Assembly (NCBI RefSeq): GCF_009914755.1
Contig: NC_060927.1
Strand: one strand, 5' to 3'
Length of the DNA: 64,000 bases
Source: the human T2T-CHM13v2.0 reference genome, Homo sapiens
The translations under genes and the position numbers were made by a program. Under the pieces are notes generated by a model, which saw only the letters and a list, made by a program, of their open reading frames with translations, was not told the DNA's origin and ran no database searches. Positions 12,763 to 26,990 of the stretch are shown piece after piece (positions within the stretch are counted from its first letter, which is position 1; each line of letters opens with the position of its first letter).

Positions 12763-14914
12763 AAAGCGAGTGTGCAGAGGCTGGAGAGTGCGGGGTGTGT
12801 TCGGGAACCACCACTAGATTGGGATACAAAGGCAGAGTATATGGGGAAGGGGAGTGGGAGAAGTGTCTGGAAAGGTAGATAGGGACATAGTTCCATGTGC
12901 CACAGGAAATAAAAGACATTGCATGTCAAGATTGGTCTCTAAGTATCTTCTTGCACCTGGATAAATACCTAGTTGATTTGAAGGACTGAATGTTTGTCCA
13001 GATTGAAAACAACATTACAACTTAAGTAGAATGTTAGCCTTATAAAAATAAGATTCATTTCATGAACTATATGCCATAGTTGAAGACCATTTATTACAAT
13101 CATATTAGCGTATCCTGCAGTACACGCACTCACATTTGATACGGAGCACTCCCTCTGAAACGAATGCTGGCTTACACAGACCATCATTGAGCTTTGCCGG
13201 ATCCTTTTCTTCCCCCCAACTTTGTTTTATGAGCTTTTTATACACACACTAGTGTGGAGAGGATATTTCAGATTCCCACATATCCATCACTCAGCTTCAG
13301 CGGTTATCAACTCTTTGCCATTCATCTCTTCTGTCCTCTTCTGGAGTTTACATATCCAGATCGGAAATGGGCTTCAGTCCCAGAAGAAACACAATAGCTG
13401 TTGTTTCTAGAGCAGATAAATGTCTCAGCTTAAATTTGCTTCAGCAATCAACTTACCAAAGAAAGTACATTGCTACGTAGTGGTTGACTGGGTCCTGGCT
13501 GGCCCCCCATTCAATTGTCACATGGGTCATTTATTTTTATCCCTGCCGCTGACCCCAGAGGATCACTAACCTGGATAACAAGATCTCCACTGCTTCTGCC
13601 CTGTGCTGGGCCTCAGTTTCCCTCATTTATACAATGAGGGATTTTAAACTAGATGATTGCTCATGGCTCTAAAACTCTACAGTTTGGAAACATTGCCTGT
13701 TACCAAGTGCAAACATGATATGGGCGATTAATAAATTACCCAGGGCTCTATTTAATTGTACCATAATTTTATTTTGGTTGGAAGCTCCCAAAGGCTTGGC
13801 TGCTGCTACAAGCATTATTATAAGGCCGTTGGATTTGTCATTGGCTGCTGTCGCAAAGTTACATGATGACTTCATTGGGAAAAAGAAATATACGATCGAG
13901 ATCCATTCTCACGTACTCCATGCTTTTCTCTGGAGGGGGATGATGTGGAATGAGACTGTCTTTTGGAAACTTTGCCTGTGACATGGACACTGAAATTATG
14001 CCTACCATGTCTATTTTGGAGCATCACCCTAAGTGTAAAGCACCACTGAAAAAGAGTTCAGGGAAAAAGGCACCCCTGTAACCAAGTGTTTGTTGTTCTA
14101 AGACTGAGAATGCCCGGCCAGCGTGGGATAACCTGTGGGCAGCGGTGGATTAAGGTGGCAGCAATGTCCAAAGCGTCTCTGTCTCTTGCCCCTTTGTGAT
14201 GGCTTTGCTGCCACATCCTCTCTCTGCCACAGCCCTGGAGATGGGAACTCTGCTGCTGACCACGAGGTCAGCAACTTGTACCCCTCGCTTCCCTGTCCTC
14301 AAGAATGATCATCCAACTTCAGGGAAATGGCAGATGACTCAATGCCGGGAAAGGAATCATTGTCTTGCTTTTAGGCACTGGCGTGTTAGTGGAGCATGTT
14401 GAGCCGGAGAGGAATGTGGAAATGATACCAGCCCTAGTCTGGGGCCCAGCGGGGCTGACTCTGAATGCTGTATCTCCCCCACCCCTCCCCAGTGCCCCAC
14501 ACTTCTAAAAAGCTAATTGAATTTTTGGGTCTCTCCGGGCATCTCATCTGGTCCCAGAGCCCTAGGGGGAACCGAGGACTCAATGTGTGAACTCTGGATA
14601 ACCCCCAGATTCCGCAACTGATGGCTGCGGCTGGGGTATGCAGGGTTTATAGATGCTCCAACTTTTCTCTTTTTGCTCTCTCCTTACTCCACCCCCAATA
14701 CATCTTCTGTTCCAGTAAGTACTCCACACAGAAATAAACCAATCTGATGTCATTATGTACCAAGTTCCAAACAAATGATCATTTTTACTCTTGTGGTAAA
14801 AACCGGGAACAAAAGTGGACTTGTGGGGCAGAGCTGGCGGAAGGGCCACATTGCATTCCTGGCGTTCCGGCTTGGGGTCTCCAGCCTCACGCGGCTTTGC
14901 CTTTGTCTCTGCAG

Positions 14915-15037
14915 CCCAGCCCGTGTTGTACTGGTGTGCCCGCAACATGTCTTTCTGGAGCAGCATTTCGTTTAACCTGGCCGTCCTGATGAACCTGCTG
15001 GTGGCGTTTTTCTACCCGTTTAAGGGAGTCCGAGGAG
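14915..15037 (+). CDS. ITPR1: ITPR1 coding exon ([41 protein letters not shown]), first transmembrane helix
   Basis: ctgcag|CC...GAG|gtaccc; 123 nt, phase 1-1; hydrophobic stretch. Confidence 0.97.
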
Positions 15038-17514
15038 GTACCCATATCTTTAACTTCAAAAATCCTATTAGAAGCAGCAGGAAGGCTAGGACTTGCATCT
15101 CAGTTGTGGTTCCTGGATGTATTGGTGCAGTACTGGGGATCCCAGTTATCCACATTCAGACAAGAGGAGATTGTAGCTGTTACCATAGATTTAGTTTTAA
15201 ATCTAACTTAAAATAATTTAACTTTTTTATCCATTTTTTTTAACCAGGAAAGAAAGAGAAGCAGCTAGATACTATTAAACCTGTGAGAAAGTCTCTTAAT
15301 CAGCCCCTTCTTTTATATATGAGGAAACTATGTCTCAGAGCAGTTAAGAAATCAGGCCAAAGTCACATAGCTAACTAATGGCAGAGCTAACCCTAAAACG
15401 TAGACGTCTTGATGCTCAGTCCAGTATATGTGTTTCCACACCGCACTTCTGGAATTGATTTCAGACTAAAGAATTTGTAAGAAATCTCTGGAATATTTTT
15501 TTTGCCAGGGGTCAGAGGGGAGGCAGGACTTGAATGACTGCAGACTGTACAATGTTTAGTCTATTAAGAGGTACCTGCCATTATTCACATAACAAAACAT
15601 GATGATTATGGTCTTTCTGGGTTCCCCCCAGCCTACCTCCTTCCAGGCTACACATTTTGCTGAGAAAAGGCAGACAATTTGGAGGTGGGCATTTTGCTAT
15701 TTGGGGCCCCTCGACAAGCATTCAAAGCTCCTCTTCTGTGATACATTCATGGCCCCTTTTCTGACATCCACAGCAGCCACCTGGGAGGTCCACCTCCCGG
15801 CTAAATTTTTCATCAGAGCTTTTTGGCAGATCACCTCACATACGCATAGAACAACCTGCCAGGAACCACCTTATGTGACAGAGAATGGGATAAAGAGCCC
15901 AAAAACCACACAGGAGTAAGTTTCAGGCTCCACTCTTTAGCTTAATCATGCAGACATCAACGGAAGCAGACATGTATGGGTAATGAGTCAGTTTAAGGAC
16001 CAACTTGAAAGCGATGTTATGTAATGCTTATATGCCTAAGTTACCCTTTTGAGGAGTTAGCTTTTCTGTTTGACCTTAAGTTACGTGGAAGGCACCATCT
16101 GAATGCCCCCGCTCCGAAAAGTACAATCTAAACACAAGTCCAGGGGGGATTTTTTTTTTTAATGTCATGTCAGGAAACATGAATGCCCGTGTCTATGTCT
16201 AAAAAGATTTGACTAGAACCCAGAGCTGCAAGGTTTTCTCTTTGGGGATGTCCACCTTAACCCTGCTGCCAGACAGCAGAGGAGTGCGTGGCAGAGGGCT
16301 AGTGAGGAGCTCAGCTGGCGGCGGCGGAGGAGGCCCAGGTCTCCTTTCGCCTCAGGGAAGTTGTCATGTTCCTCATGGCAGATTATTCAACCCTTACCTT
16401 GTCTGTGTTTTCATTTACTCTCCATTGCCTTAAAAATATTTCAAACAGATTTTATTATTCGCCACGTCTGTTTTCTTCACCGGTCATTTGTGGCAGCATT
16501 CAGGCCAGTTCTGGGGACAGGGAGTTAACAGCCCCCCACCCTTCATTGACAAGCCTCCTGCAGTGCCTTTCTTAGACTTAGGAAGTCCAGAGACTTAAGG
16601 TCTCTGCCTGGCTCCTGCCGCCCATTTGCCAAGCCACTCTGGGCAAGCCACTTCAGCAAGTCCTTGTCATCCTTTATGTGAAGAGATGTTTACATTAAGC
16701 CCATGGTTAGAAAACTTTGATATGGCTTCAGAAAATCCTGTAGAACCCGGGGAAGAACAGTTGGCAAACTAGTCAAGATCTCCAGAGCATGTGTTTCTTG
16801 CCCATCCAAGCTTGAGATCCCCTGGATGGTATGACTATCGAGGGTCCTTCCAACTCTAAAATGGTGCATTCTGAATGAGCCATCAACTCAGGCTGGTCTG
16901 CAGGAGGCAAGGATGCATGGTTTGGAATCATGGGCTTTAGAACTTCATGCTGAGGGACTAAACTGAGAGCATAATTCAGAGCTCCTAGGAGATTTGACCT
17001 GAGGCTGATATGACCCAAGGAAGCCTTTTCCATTATCTAGTAGCTGATACTGCCTTAAGTGCATCAGTTCACTCTCAGAGGGATTCTTTTTTCCTTTTGT
17101 AAGATGCATTGAGGGCATTTCCTATACTCACTGCTAACCATCCTCAGTAGAAGAGTTGTATTAACCCTGCCTAGAAACAAGATCTGGTTTGTTGACCTGA
17201 AAGTATTTCTTTGAGCTAATATGTGTTAGGATTTGTTGCATCCTAAAGGCAAGATTTCATAATGTCCCTCTTGAATGTGTATAATGGCCGTATTATGTGT
17301 GCTGATTTTGTGTGGTTCTGTGGCTTACAAGGTTTGCAACTGCCAAGAACCAGTGGCCTTAAAAGCTCCTTTTCAAAAGTATCACCGCCCCTCCACCTTT
17401 GTTTTAGAACTGACAAGTTACAGTCTTTCAAAAGCGTGCAACTCAGGCAGCTTCAGATTGCTTACTGAATTTGTGAGCATGCCGTGATGGCTAAAGCAAA
17501 TGTAGTACTACTTT

Positions 17515-17860
17515 TTAAATGTTTTTATTATTGAAATTGTCAAATATACACACAAGTAGAAAGAACAGTATAATGAGCTACCATATATCTATCAGCCAGC
17601 TTTAACAATTTTGCCTATCTTGTTTCATCTATCCCCATACTATATTTTCTGAAACATTTTAAAGAAGTCTAGACATCTTGGATTTTTTGTCCATAAATAT
17701 TTCAGTGTATAACTTATGAGGACATTTTAAAATATGTATAATCACCATGCCATTATCATATCTAACAAAACTAACAGCAAATCCTGTAATAGCCTGCCCA
17801 AATTCAGATTTCTCCAACTGTCTCAAAGATGTCTTTCTAGAGTTGATTTTTTGGAATCTA
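17515..17860 (-). mobile_element. Old L1M (L1ME/MC-like) 3' fragment
   Basis: tattgaaattgtcaaatatacacacaagtagaaagaacagtataatg...cttgtttcatctat pattern. Confidence 0.6.
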
Positions 17861-18004
17861 GCACTATGTTTTTTAACACTGCCGTTATAGTGAGGAGACA
17901 GCATTTTTACATTGGCCTCTTCAGGATTTGGGACATACATTGTACTGGTCACATTGATGATACTGAGATCATCTTAAGAGTCCATTTAAAATGGCATTAA
18001 GCAT

Positions 18005-18940
18005 TTCAGAAAATGATAAGCCACAGACTGGGAGAAAATAGTTGCAAAATATATATCTGATAAAAAGCTTATGTCCAGAATATGTAAAGAACTCTTACAA
18101 CTCAACAATAAAAAAACTATTCAATTAAAACAGTGGGCAAAGCATTTGATCAGACACTTCACAGAAGAAGATGTATGAATGGCCAGTAAGCACATGAAAC
18201 GATGTTGAGCATCACTAGTTATCAGGGAAATGTAAATTAAAATCACCACACCATACCACTGCAAACCTACTAGAATGACTAAATGAAAAAGATGGGCACT
18301 GCCAAGTATTGGTGATGCTGTGGATCAGATGGAACTGTCATACACGGCTGGTGGGAAGGCAGTGTGATACATTCACCTTGGAAAACAGTTTGGTATTGTC
18401 TTTTAAAGTTAAACATATCTGTAGGATCCAACATTCTACTTCTCTATGTTTGTCCAAGTGAAATGAAAATATGTCCACTCCAAGAATTGAACATGAATGT
18501 TTCTAGTAGCATTATTTGTAATCACTCCAAACTGGAAACTCATTGATTGTTAACTGGACAAATAAATTGTAATATATCCATACTATAATATAGTCAGCAA
18601 TAAAAAGTACAAAGTATCAATACATACATGGTAACCTGGATGCATCTTAAAAACTTGCTCAGTGAAAGAAGTCAAGCACAAAGGACTACCTGATAGGATT
18701 ATTTTCCCATTTTTATGAAATTCTAGAAAGTGCAAAGCTATAGGGACTGACACTATTAGATCAGTGGTAGCTGGGGGTAGGGATGGGGCAAGGCATCACC
18801 TGCAAAGAGGCACAAGGAGACTTTTAGAGTGATAAAAATGTTCTGTATCTTGACTGTGGTGACAATTACATGCGGTGGTCACATGACTATATAAACTGCC
18901 AAGATTCACCAAATTTTACACTTAAAATGCATGGATTTTT
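18005..18940 (+). mobile_element. Old L1M (L1MB/ME-like) ORF2 end and 3' UTR
   Basis: gccacagactgggagaaaata...atatctgataaa...ccagaatatgtaaagaactcttacaactcaacaat...gttctgtatcttgactgtggtg. Confidence 0.8.
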
Positions 18941-20275
18941 TAAAATATTGATTAAGGACCATCGACTTCAGAGGCAAATGGTCTGCAGCCATTTGCTGCA
19001 TCACTTTGGGCAAGAAATGTAACCTGAGACTCAGTTTCCTTTAGAGTAGACCGGGGACAGTAGGATGAATAAATGATCATCAACATCAAGGGCTTGACAC
19101 GATGTCTAACAATTGTTAAATGCGTAGAAAGCGGCACATGTGCCTCAATGTGCACTTCTTGAATTTCTGAGAAACCTCTGCCTCTTTGTCCCCATTCCCA
19201 ATCAGCTTTGCCTTTTGAAGGATTTCAAAAGGGAAGAGGTAAGTGGCTGGGCTGGGGGGAACAGTTGTTAAAGTGAGGCTGAATCTCCGCAGGCGTGGAC
19301 TCAATGAACTAGGGCAGCCAGCAGCTGGTGGAAGAGCTGTGCCCTGCAAAGGTGTCTCCTCCCCAGTGGTGCCACAATCCAAGCATCTCTGAAGAAGTGA
19401 AGCTCCTTTATATAAGTGGCCTTAATCATGTAGTGCTGCTTGTTTACATCTGAAGGAGACTCAAAATGTGACAGCATTTGAAATAGGGGTGTTTTTTTTT
19501 TAATGAGTGTTTTACAGAACTATATTTTTAGCCGTGTTGGCTCATGTTATATAACCAAGCCGTCTCGTGGGACACTCTAAATAGAACTTGCAGTAGCAAG
19601 AGATGACAAAAATTGGTATAAGCTCTTTGACTGCAGGGATAATCTAATTGTAGCATGATGCTCATGACACGGAAGTTGCCTTTCTCCTTCCCTTGGAGAA
19701 ATCTGATTCAGGCAGGGGACCTGCAGTTTTCCTTTGCATACTTTTAATAGAAATTAAGTTTAGGCTTCCACGTCGCCTTCTTTGAGTGAAGTGTGACACA
19801 TGCATGAGTTTTATTTCTCGAACAAGCTTTTCGTGAGTACCTGCCAGGCACCAGGTACTTCCCCTGGGGAATGTGCAATCTGGTGAGAGAGAGACAAGTA
19901 AACTGACCATTAGGAAATAGTGTCCTGTAGGGATGACTGGAAGCAGGGAGTACGGAGGAGGAGGGAACTCCTGACATGTTTTTGTGGGGAGGAAGGGGAT
20001 TGGGGGAGGCTTCCTGGAAGAAGTAATGTCAAAGCTAAGACCTGAGATGAATGAGAAGGGAAGAACTTCCCAGCAGAAGGAGCATGTGTGGAGGCTTGGA
20101 GGTCAAAAAATGCTGATGGGACTGGTTATGGATGGGGCAGAGAATTTGAGGTGAGAGTTGGGACTGGTAAGCCAAAAAAGTTATTGAGGAATCTGTAACA
20201 GTGCATGTTTTAGGTCTGTCCCCTGTACTCAGTGAAGGCACAGATTTGTGAGAGAACCCTGTTTTGTCCTTGCAG

Positions 20276-20451
20276 GAACCCTGGAGCCCCACTGGTCGGG
20301 ACTCCTGTGGACAGCCATGCTCATCTCTCTGGCCATCGTCATTGCCCTCCCCAAGCCCCATGGCATCCGGGCCTTAATTGCCTCCACAATTCTACGATTG
20401 ATATTTTCAGTCGGGTTACAACCCACGTTGTTTCTTCTGGGCGCTTTCAAT
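20276..20451 (+). CDS. ITPR1: ITPR1 coding exon ([25 protein letters not shown]...LFLLGAFN), transmembrane segments
   Basis: ttgcag|GA...AAT|gtaagt; 176 nt, phase 1-0. Confidence 0.97.
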
Positions 20452-21332
20452 GTAAGTGTGAATACCTTCCTTGCCACTGTTTTGTTTGCAGATTAATAGG
20501 AATGCCTTGCACTCTGGTTTCTAGAATCCTGGCCTGTGCTTTCAGTCCAGAAAATTATTGTTTGGGGCAACTGTTTAAATAGCCAGAAGCAGGGGATGGC
20601 TGCAGGTGGACGTCTCCCTCTTGACCTCCGCGTGGTGCAGTGAGCCTTGTAATGTATCCCTTGGGCATCAGCACTTTCACTTTTAGGGACTATCCCTGTC
20701 AGGAGATAGGCAGAAAAAGTGGTAGTGCTTTGAGATTTAAGTTAGTTTTGCCAATCTGGTCAAAGGTTTGTTGGGACAGAAGATTTTAGACAATAAGTGA
20801 AATGATCAAATATTAACACCGTACCCACTTCTGGAAAGGGCCACATAGAAAAGAGGGGATAGGTAAGAGGGCCTGGCCAAATACAGAGACAGGGCAGGTG
20901 GAGAGGGAAGAGGAGAAGCAGAGACAATTCTTTAAAAGTCAGTGGTGACATTTAGAAATGCTGTTTCACTACCATTGAAAGATAGAAGCCAATTTCATCT
21001 CTGGGAGAATTCTTAGGACAAACTGATATAAAACCATACATTGGAGAGGTTTCCTTGTGAAGGGAAGGAGAAAATTTGGACATGTGAGGCACTGGAGGAT
21101 CTAAAAATGCCTTCCAGGGGTTTCTGCCCTGAGTATATAAGGAAGCTGAGGTCCCATGCAAAACTGGAAGTGATATCGCAAAATAATATAGTAATTCAGT
21201 GCAACAGCAAAAGCCCCAAAGGGAGTATTCAAATGGCACAGGCAGCAAGGACTTTAGAGAACAGGTCATGTCAAGCTGAAAAGCTTACAGCGGGGAGGAG
21301 GCAGGATGGAAGTTAGGGCTTAAGGAATGGAG

Positions 21333-21658
21333 GGCCAGGCTCGGTGGCTCACATCTATAATCCCAGCACTTTGGGAGGCCAGGGTGAGCAGATCACTTGA
21401 GATCAGGAATTTGAGACCAGCCTGGCTAACATGGCAGAACCCTATCTCTACTAAAAATACAAAAATTAGCTGGGTTTGGTAGCATGCGCCTATAATCCTA
21501 GCTACTCGGGAGACTGAGGCAGGAGAATCACTTGAACCTGAGAGGTGGAGGTTGTAGTGAGCTAAGATGGCACCACTGCACTCCAGCCTGGGTGACAAAG
21601 GGAGACTCCATCTCAAAAATAAATAAATGAACAAATAAATAAATAATTTTTAAAAAAA
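21333..21658 (+). mobile_element. Alu (AluS-like), full length
   Basis: Both arms; TSD-like ggaatggag on both flanks. Confidence 0.95.
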
Positions 21659-22391
21659 AGGGAATGGAGAGGATCTGGCCATGAAGCGGGGATTGAGAAG
21701 AGTTCTTTGGTTTCGTGGGCCCCATAGGCCAGAGCAGAACAGTGGGAAAGCTCGGGATGTTATCAACAGACAATAAATAAAGAGTTTCACCTCATTCGTG
21801 GTTCAGTAGTGATCAGTAGGAACTGATCCTGTGTAAGTCACTTGCAGCACTGAATTTTAGGATAAAGCAACTGGACTTCATCCCCCAGGTCAGCATTCCC
21901 AGAGCATATTCCACGTTGATAAATATGAGGTGAAAAAAGGGTTCCGTGATTGAATCCGCATGAAAAATGCTGAGGTAAACACAATGAAAGGTTTCATTAC
22001 TGCAGGCTTCCTCACAGACTTTAATGTACTAATATGGATTAGGAACCTCCAAGGAAAACAGTGTCTTTCTGTTTCCCAAACTTATTTTCCTGCAGTTTTT
22101 TGTAAGTATCACTTGAGATTAGTGTTGTATAGAATGTATGTTGGAAACTCTGTTCCCAGTAGTGGAAAGTGCCTGTGGTGTTTTTGAGCCAAGAAATGGT
22201 CCATACAAAGAAGTATTCTTGAGAAAATGCATTCAGTATGGCTTGTTATGTGGATTCATCAGGAGGGACTAGAGGCAAGGAGGCTTTTTAGGGGCTGTAG
22301 CGACGCTTTGATTAGGTTTGAGAAGCCTGAGTCTTGGACATAGTGTAGAAGAAAGAAGGAAGGTATGGACGTCAGAAATGGGAAGGAAACA

Positions 22392-22726
22392 GGCTGGGCA
22401 CCGTGGCTCAAGCCTGTAATCCCAGCACTTTGGGAGGCCAAGGCGGGAAAATTGCTTGAGGCCAGGAGTTCAAGACCAGCCTGGCCAGTATGCATGTGAA
22501 ACCCCTCTCTACTAAAAAAAAATACAAAAATTAGCCTGGCATAGTAATGCATGCTTGTAATCCCAGCTACTTGGGAGGCTGAGGCACGAGAATCTCTTGA
22601 ACCTGGGAGGCAGAGGTTGCAGTGGGCTGAGATGGTGCCACTTCACTCCAGCCTGGGTGACAGAATGAGACTGATTAAAAAAAAAAAGAAAGAAAGAAAG
22701 AGAAAGAAAGAAAGAGAGAAAGAGAG
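22392..22726 (+). mobile_element. Alu with (AAAG)n-derived tail
   Basis: Both arms; tail expanded to aaagaaagaaag... Confidence 0.95.
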
Positions 22727-22793
22727 ATGAGGAAATAGTAACACATGGTGGGCACAGAGTCAGAGCCTTACCCCACCCAGAAAGCAATGTGCT

Positions 22794-23156
22794 TCTATTA
22801 GTTCGTTCTCACATTGCTATAAAATGCCTGAGACTCGGTAATTTATAAGAAAAGAGGTTTAATTGGCTTGAGGTTTTGCAGCTGTACAGGAAGCATGGCA
22901 GCATCTGCTTCTGGGGAGGCCTCAGGGAGCTTTCACTCATGGCGGAGTAAAAGCAGCAAAGTTGGAGCTGGAACAGGAGGAAGCGGATGGGGAGGCGCTA
23001 CACGCTTTTAAACAACCAGCTCTCTATCACTATACTGTATCCGGGACAGGTGGCGCTAAACTATTTATGATCCAGTCACCTCCCCCCAGGCCCCACCTCT
23101 GACACTGGAGATTACAAGTTAACAGATTTGGGGGGGACACAGAACCAAACCATACT
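22794..23156 (-). mobile_element. MST (ERVL-MaLR) solo LTR
   Basis: tattagttcgttctcacattgctataaa...taatttataagaaaagaggtttaattggct...ccaggccccacctc...ccaaaccata. Confidence 0.85.
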
Positions 23157-23714
23157 GCCACTCTGGGTCCCTTTTTCAGACAAAGAGGGTATCACTGTCT
23201 TGATTGGGTAATGAAGGAGGCAAATATGACTCCAAATTTTCAGTCACAAATGATTGGGAGAAGAATAATGTGGCCATCTAAAATGAAGTCATGCAAAGAT
23301 TTAGTTTTTCAGGGTGAAAATGCATTTACATCGTTGACCTACTGGGCTTCAGGTGGAAAGACACGCTGTTAACGTGAGCTGCGGCATTTGGAAATACATG
23401 ACCAGAACTACAGAGAGAGATCAGTGTGGGGAGGGGAATGTAGGGATTGCCTGCAGTGAGAGGAAACCATTTAAGAAAGAAATACAAAAGAATTACATAA
23501 ACAACTAGGTAGAAAAAATGTTCAGTATTTCAGAGGCTGTCTTCTATGGGCTGTCTAGTTCTTTTCTTCTCTGGCCTTCTCTGATAATCATTCCACAGTT
23601 ATCACTTCTTTAACACAAATCAGTTGGGGGAAAGACTCAACTGAGATAATTAATTACCATTTACAACAACATAAGCTGGTAGGGGGCAAACAGCTATAAT
23701 AAATAATTATTTAG

Positions 23715-24116
<402 letters not shown>

Positions 24117-24904
24117 TGAGAGCTGGAGGAGGAGAAGGTGGGGTCCTAAAGCCCAGCTGGGAGAGTGGTGAGCAGGGTGCGCTGGGAGACTTGTCACGCC
24201 GCAGGGAGCTGGGAAAGATGCTAAGAGCAGACGGGAAGACTGCTGGGTGCGCAGAATCCTTGGAGACTTCACATGAGCTGTCTCTGTTGAGAGGTGGGGA
24301 TGGAAGCCAGATCTAAGACTAACAAGCAGAGTCCAGCCGCAGGCTGAGACCACAAATAGCAGCTATTTCCTGGGGAAGCAATGGAGAAAACTAGGGCAGA
24401 AGTTAGAGGGGAGAATGGACTCAGGTGAAGTGGATCACCCTGTTGTTAAGTTGGCAGGATCTGGGGTGTGTTTGAGGTGCTGTAATGTGTGATGTCACCC
24501 AGGGCACCATCTGCCTCTCCCTGAAACCACATCATCATGGATCATCCAGAATCAGTGATACTTTCCCACCCTCTGAAATCCCCTCCACTAGCAAAGGTGA
24601 GAATTTTGGAAAAAATTGGCAGATTGAATGCTTAGCCTGTCTGAGAAAGCCAGCAGCGATCTGTGGGTGTCGGCTTCCTCGCTTATCTGATTGCCGAGAA
24701 GCTCACTTACACCGACCTACCAGATTAACTGGCAGTATTTCCCCCGCACCTGTGGCCAAGGGAGCTAGAGTAGCAGAAGATGGTTTTACCAAGTGCATCC
24801 AGAGAGGTCCCTCTCTGGCCTCCTCCTGAGCCAAGTTTTTCTGTCAACATATTGCTAGAGATGGACTTCCAGGCATTGGGGTTTCTATCAAAGGTGAGAC
24901 TATA

Positions 24905-25380
24905 TTGCACAGTAGTTCAGTTAGGACTCCTTCAGTTGCAGATGTCAGAAAACCTAATCCATGCTAGCCTCAGCAAAGGAGAATATGTATTGGTTCATTT
25001 TGACCAAGAAACCAACAGCCTCGCTTCAGGCACAGCTGATACAGGGGCTCACACAGTGTCCTCAGGGCCCAGTTCCTCCTTGCCATCTTTTGGCTCTGTG
25101 TCCCCAGTGCTGGTGGTGCCTTCAGTGTTGGTAATGTGGCAGCTCCAGAGTTCACAGCTGCTCAGGTTCAAGGTCGGTGGGAAAGAACAAAATTATCTTT
25201 GGCTGCAATCCCAAGAAAGAGCTCAGTGGACATCATTGGCTCCATTTGGTCCTGTGTCTATCTCTAAACCAGTCATTGTACCCAGGGGAATACAATATTG
25301 TGATGGCCAGGTTGGAGCCCCACCCAGACCTCAAAGACTGCTACTCAGAGAGGAATGGTCCCCAAAGGAAAATTAGAAGT
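24905..25380 (-). mobile_element. Old MLT1 LTR (MLT1K-like)
   Basis: agttaggactccttcagttgcagatgtcagaaaacc...cttcaggcacagctg...taaaccagtcattgtacccagggga. Confidence 0.55.
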
Positions 25381-25953
25381 TATTCCCAGAAGAGAGGGCA
25401 GGGGAATAGAACTCATCCTGAAGTCCCTTATATTTTTTTTCCCCCAAGAAAATTGTTGTTTTCCCTGTGAACTTAGGAGCATTGAAAGGCAAGAACTGAT
25501 CACTGCTCATTAAATTGCCACCTTACAGTGCCTAGAATGTAACAAATTCAGAAAATGCTTTTGATCATGCTGATCACAGGGTTCGTGGATTGAGGTGACT
25601 TCTGTGTTTGACTAACTCATACAAGAATGTTAGAAATGATTCATATCTCATTTTGAAAATCATAATCTCAGTATGTGTTAATTTTGTTTTTGCCATAGAG
25701 AAATGCTACTTGATTACTGTTGCGCATGAAGTTATTTGACTACCATGTAATTTGTAATATGCCTGAAAAGCAAAGTAATGAAATGACTTAGATCTGCAAA
25801 TGGGTCTTGGCGGGTTTGGTGGGCACCGGGTGGAAAAGGAAGCGTTTGTTTGGGCACGGTGACTGAAATACATTTGTGTGAGATGCTCTCGTTGCTCTCA
25901 TGAAGAGTTTGGCACAGTCCGTGCCATCTGACTGTTCCTGTCATTGTTCTCAG

Positions 25954-26118
25954 GTATGCAATAAAATCATCTTTCTAATGAGCTTTGTGGGCAACTGTGG
26001 GACATTCACAAGAGGCTACCGAGCCATGGTTCTGGATGTTGAGTTCCTCTATCATTTGTTGTATCTGGTGATCTGTGCCATGGGGCTCTTTGTCCATGAA
26101 TTCTTCTACAGTCTGCTG
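25954..26118 (+). CDS. ITPR1: ITPR1 coding exon ([14 protein letters not shown]...HEFFYSLL), transmembrane segments
   Basis: tctcag|GTA...CTG|gtgagt; 165 nt, phase 0-0. Confidence 0.97.
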
Positions 26119-26909
26119 GTGAGTACCTGGTGTGGAAATATTTTATGTGTGGGGAAACTAGGAGAGTGTCCTATGTCCTCTCTCTCATCACAGACCCTTC
26201 CTTTTAATGGTGATTGGTGTGCCTGGTCCACCAAGATTGAAGCTCCACAGTTGGCAGCCTTTGGGGGATCTGAGAGGAAAGCTCCACAGGAATTGGGTCA
26301 GCCCAGGAATTCAAGAGTCACACAACCGCACTGTGTACTGGGCACTCCCGATCTGTTACTTCTCAGTAATGGAACATGCCTGTAGTAGGTTCAGGAGATG
26401 TTTCCTTTCCATGCACCTTTGTTTTTCTTTACTTCTTAGACTCAGCCGCACTTACACCAAGAGGAGTGTTTTTGAGGCTGTCATCCAACAGCTCTCAGGG
26501 AGTCCATTTCTTGTGAACACGTGTAGCGACCATAAGAGTAGGAGCTAGTTTTGAAGCCCCGGGATTCATGATCATGAGCTCAGTAGATTTATTGGTCTAG
26601 GAGACCCTTTCAGTAGCTCATTTTCCTCCGATATGAGCCAAGTGCTTAATGTCTTGACAGTCTGTAAGACAAGCTGGTTCCATCACCTTCCTCCTGAGCA
26701 GGTTTTTAAATGACAAATCAAGGAACTACTTACTTTCCTGTAGTTGGAGGGAATCTAGACCTGTGGCGTTGTAGATAAGAAACCATTTTCTTGTGCCTAC
26801 ATAAAATGACAGGAAGCATAAAACTGACCTATCTGCAAGCAACACCATAAACAGCCTAGGAATATTAAAATATTTGTGAGGACAAAAATGATCAAGGCCT
26901 AAGGGTTGG

Positions 26910-26990
26910 CTTACAAAGAGGGGGACTTACAAAGAGAGGGGGGCTTACAAAGAGAGGGGGGCTTACAAAGAGAGGGGGGCTTACAAAAGG
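26910..26990 (+). repeat. 18-bp minisatellite (CTTACAAAGAGAGGGGGG), about 4.5 copies
   Basis: Units start at 26910 (16-nt variant), 26926, 26944, 26962 and 26980 (partial); three units identical. Confidence 0.95.

Noticed and set aside
24780-25376. Longest non-ITPR1 ORF (198 aa)
   Set aside because: Lies mostly in a degenerate MLT1-like LTR, has no recognisable domain, promoter or splice context, and this length is reachable by chance.
25960-25965. AATAAA inside a coding exon
   Set aside because: Dictated by Asn-Lys codons (AAT AAA).
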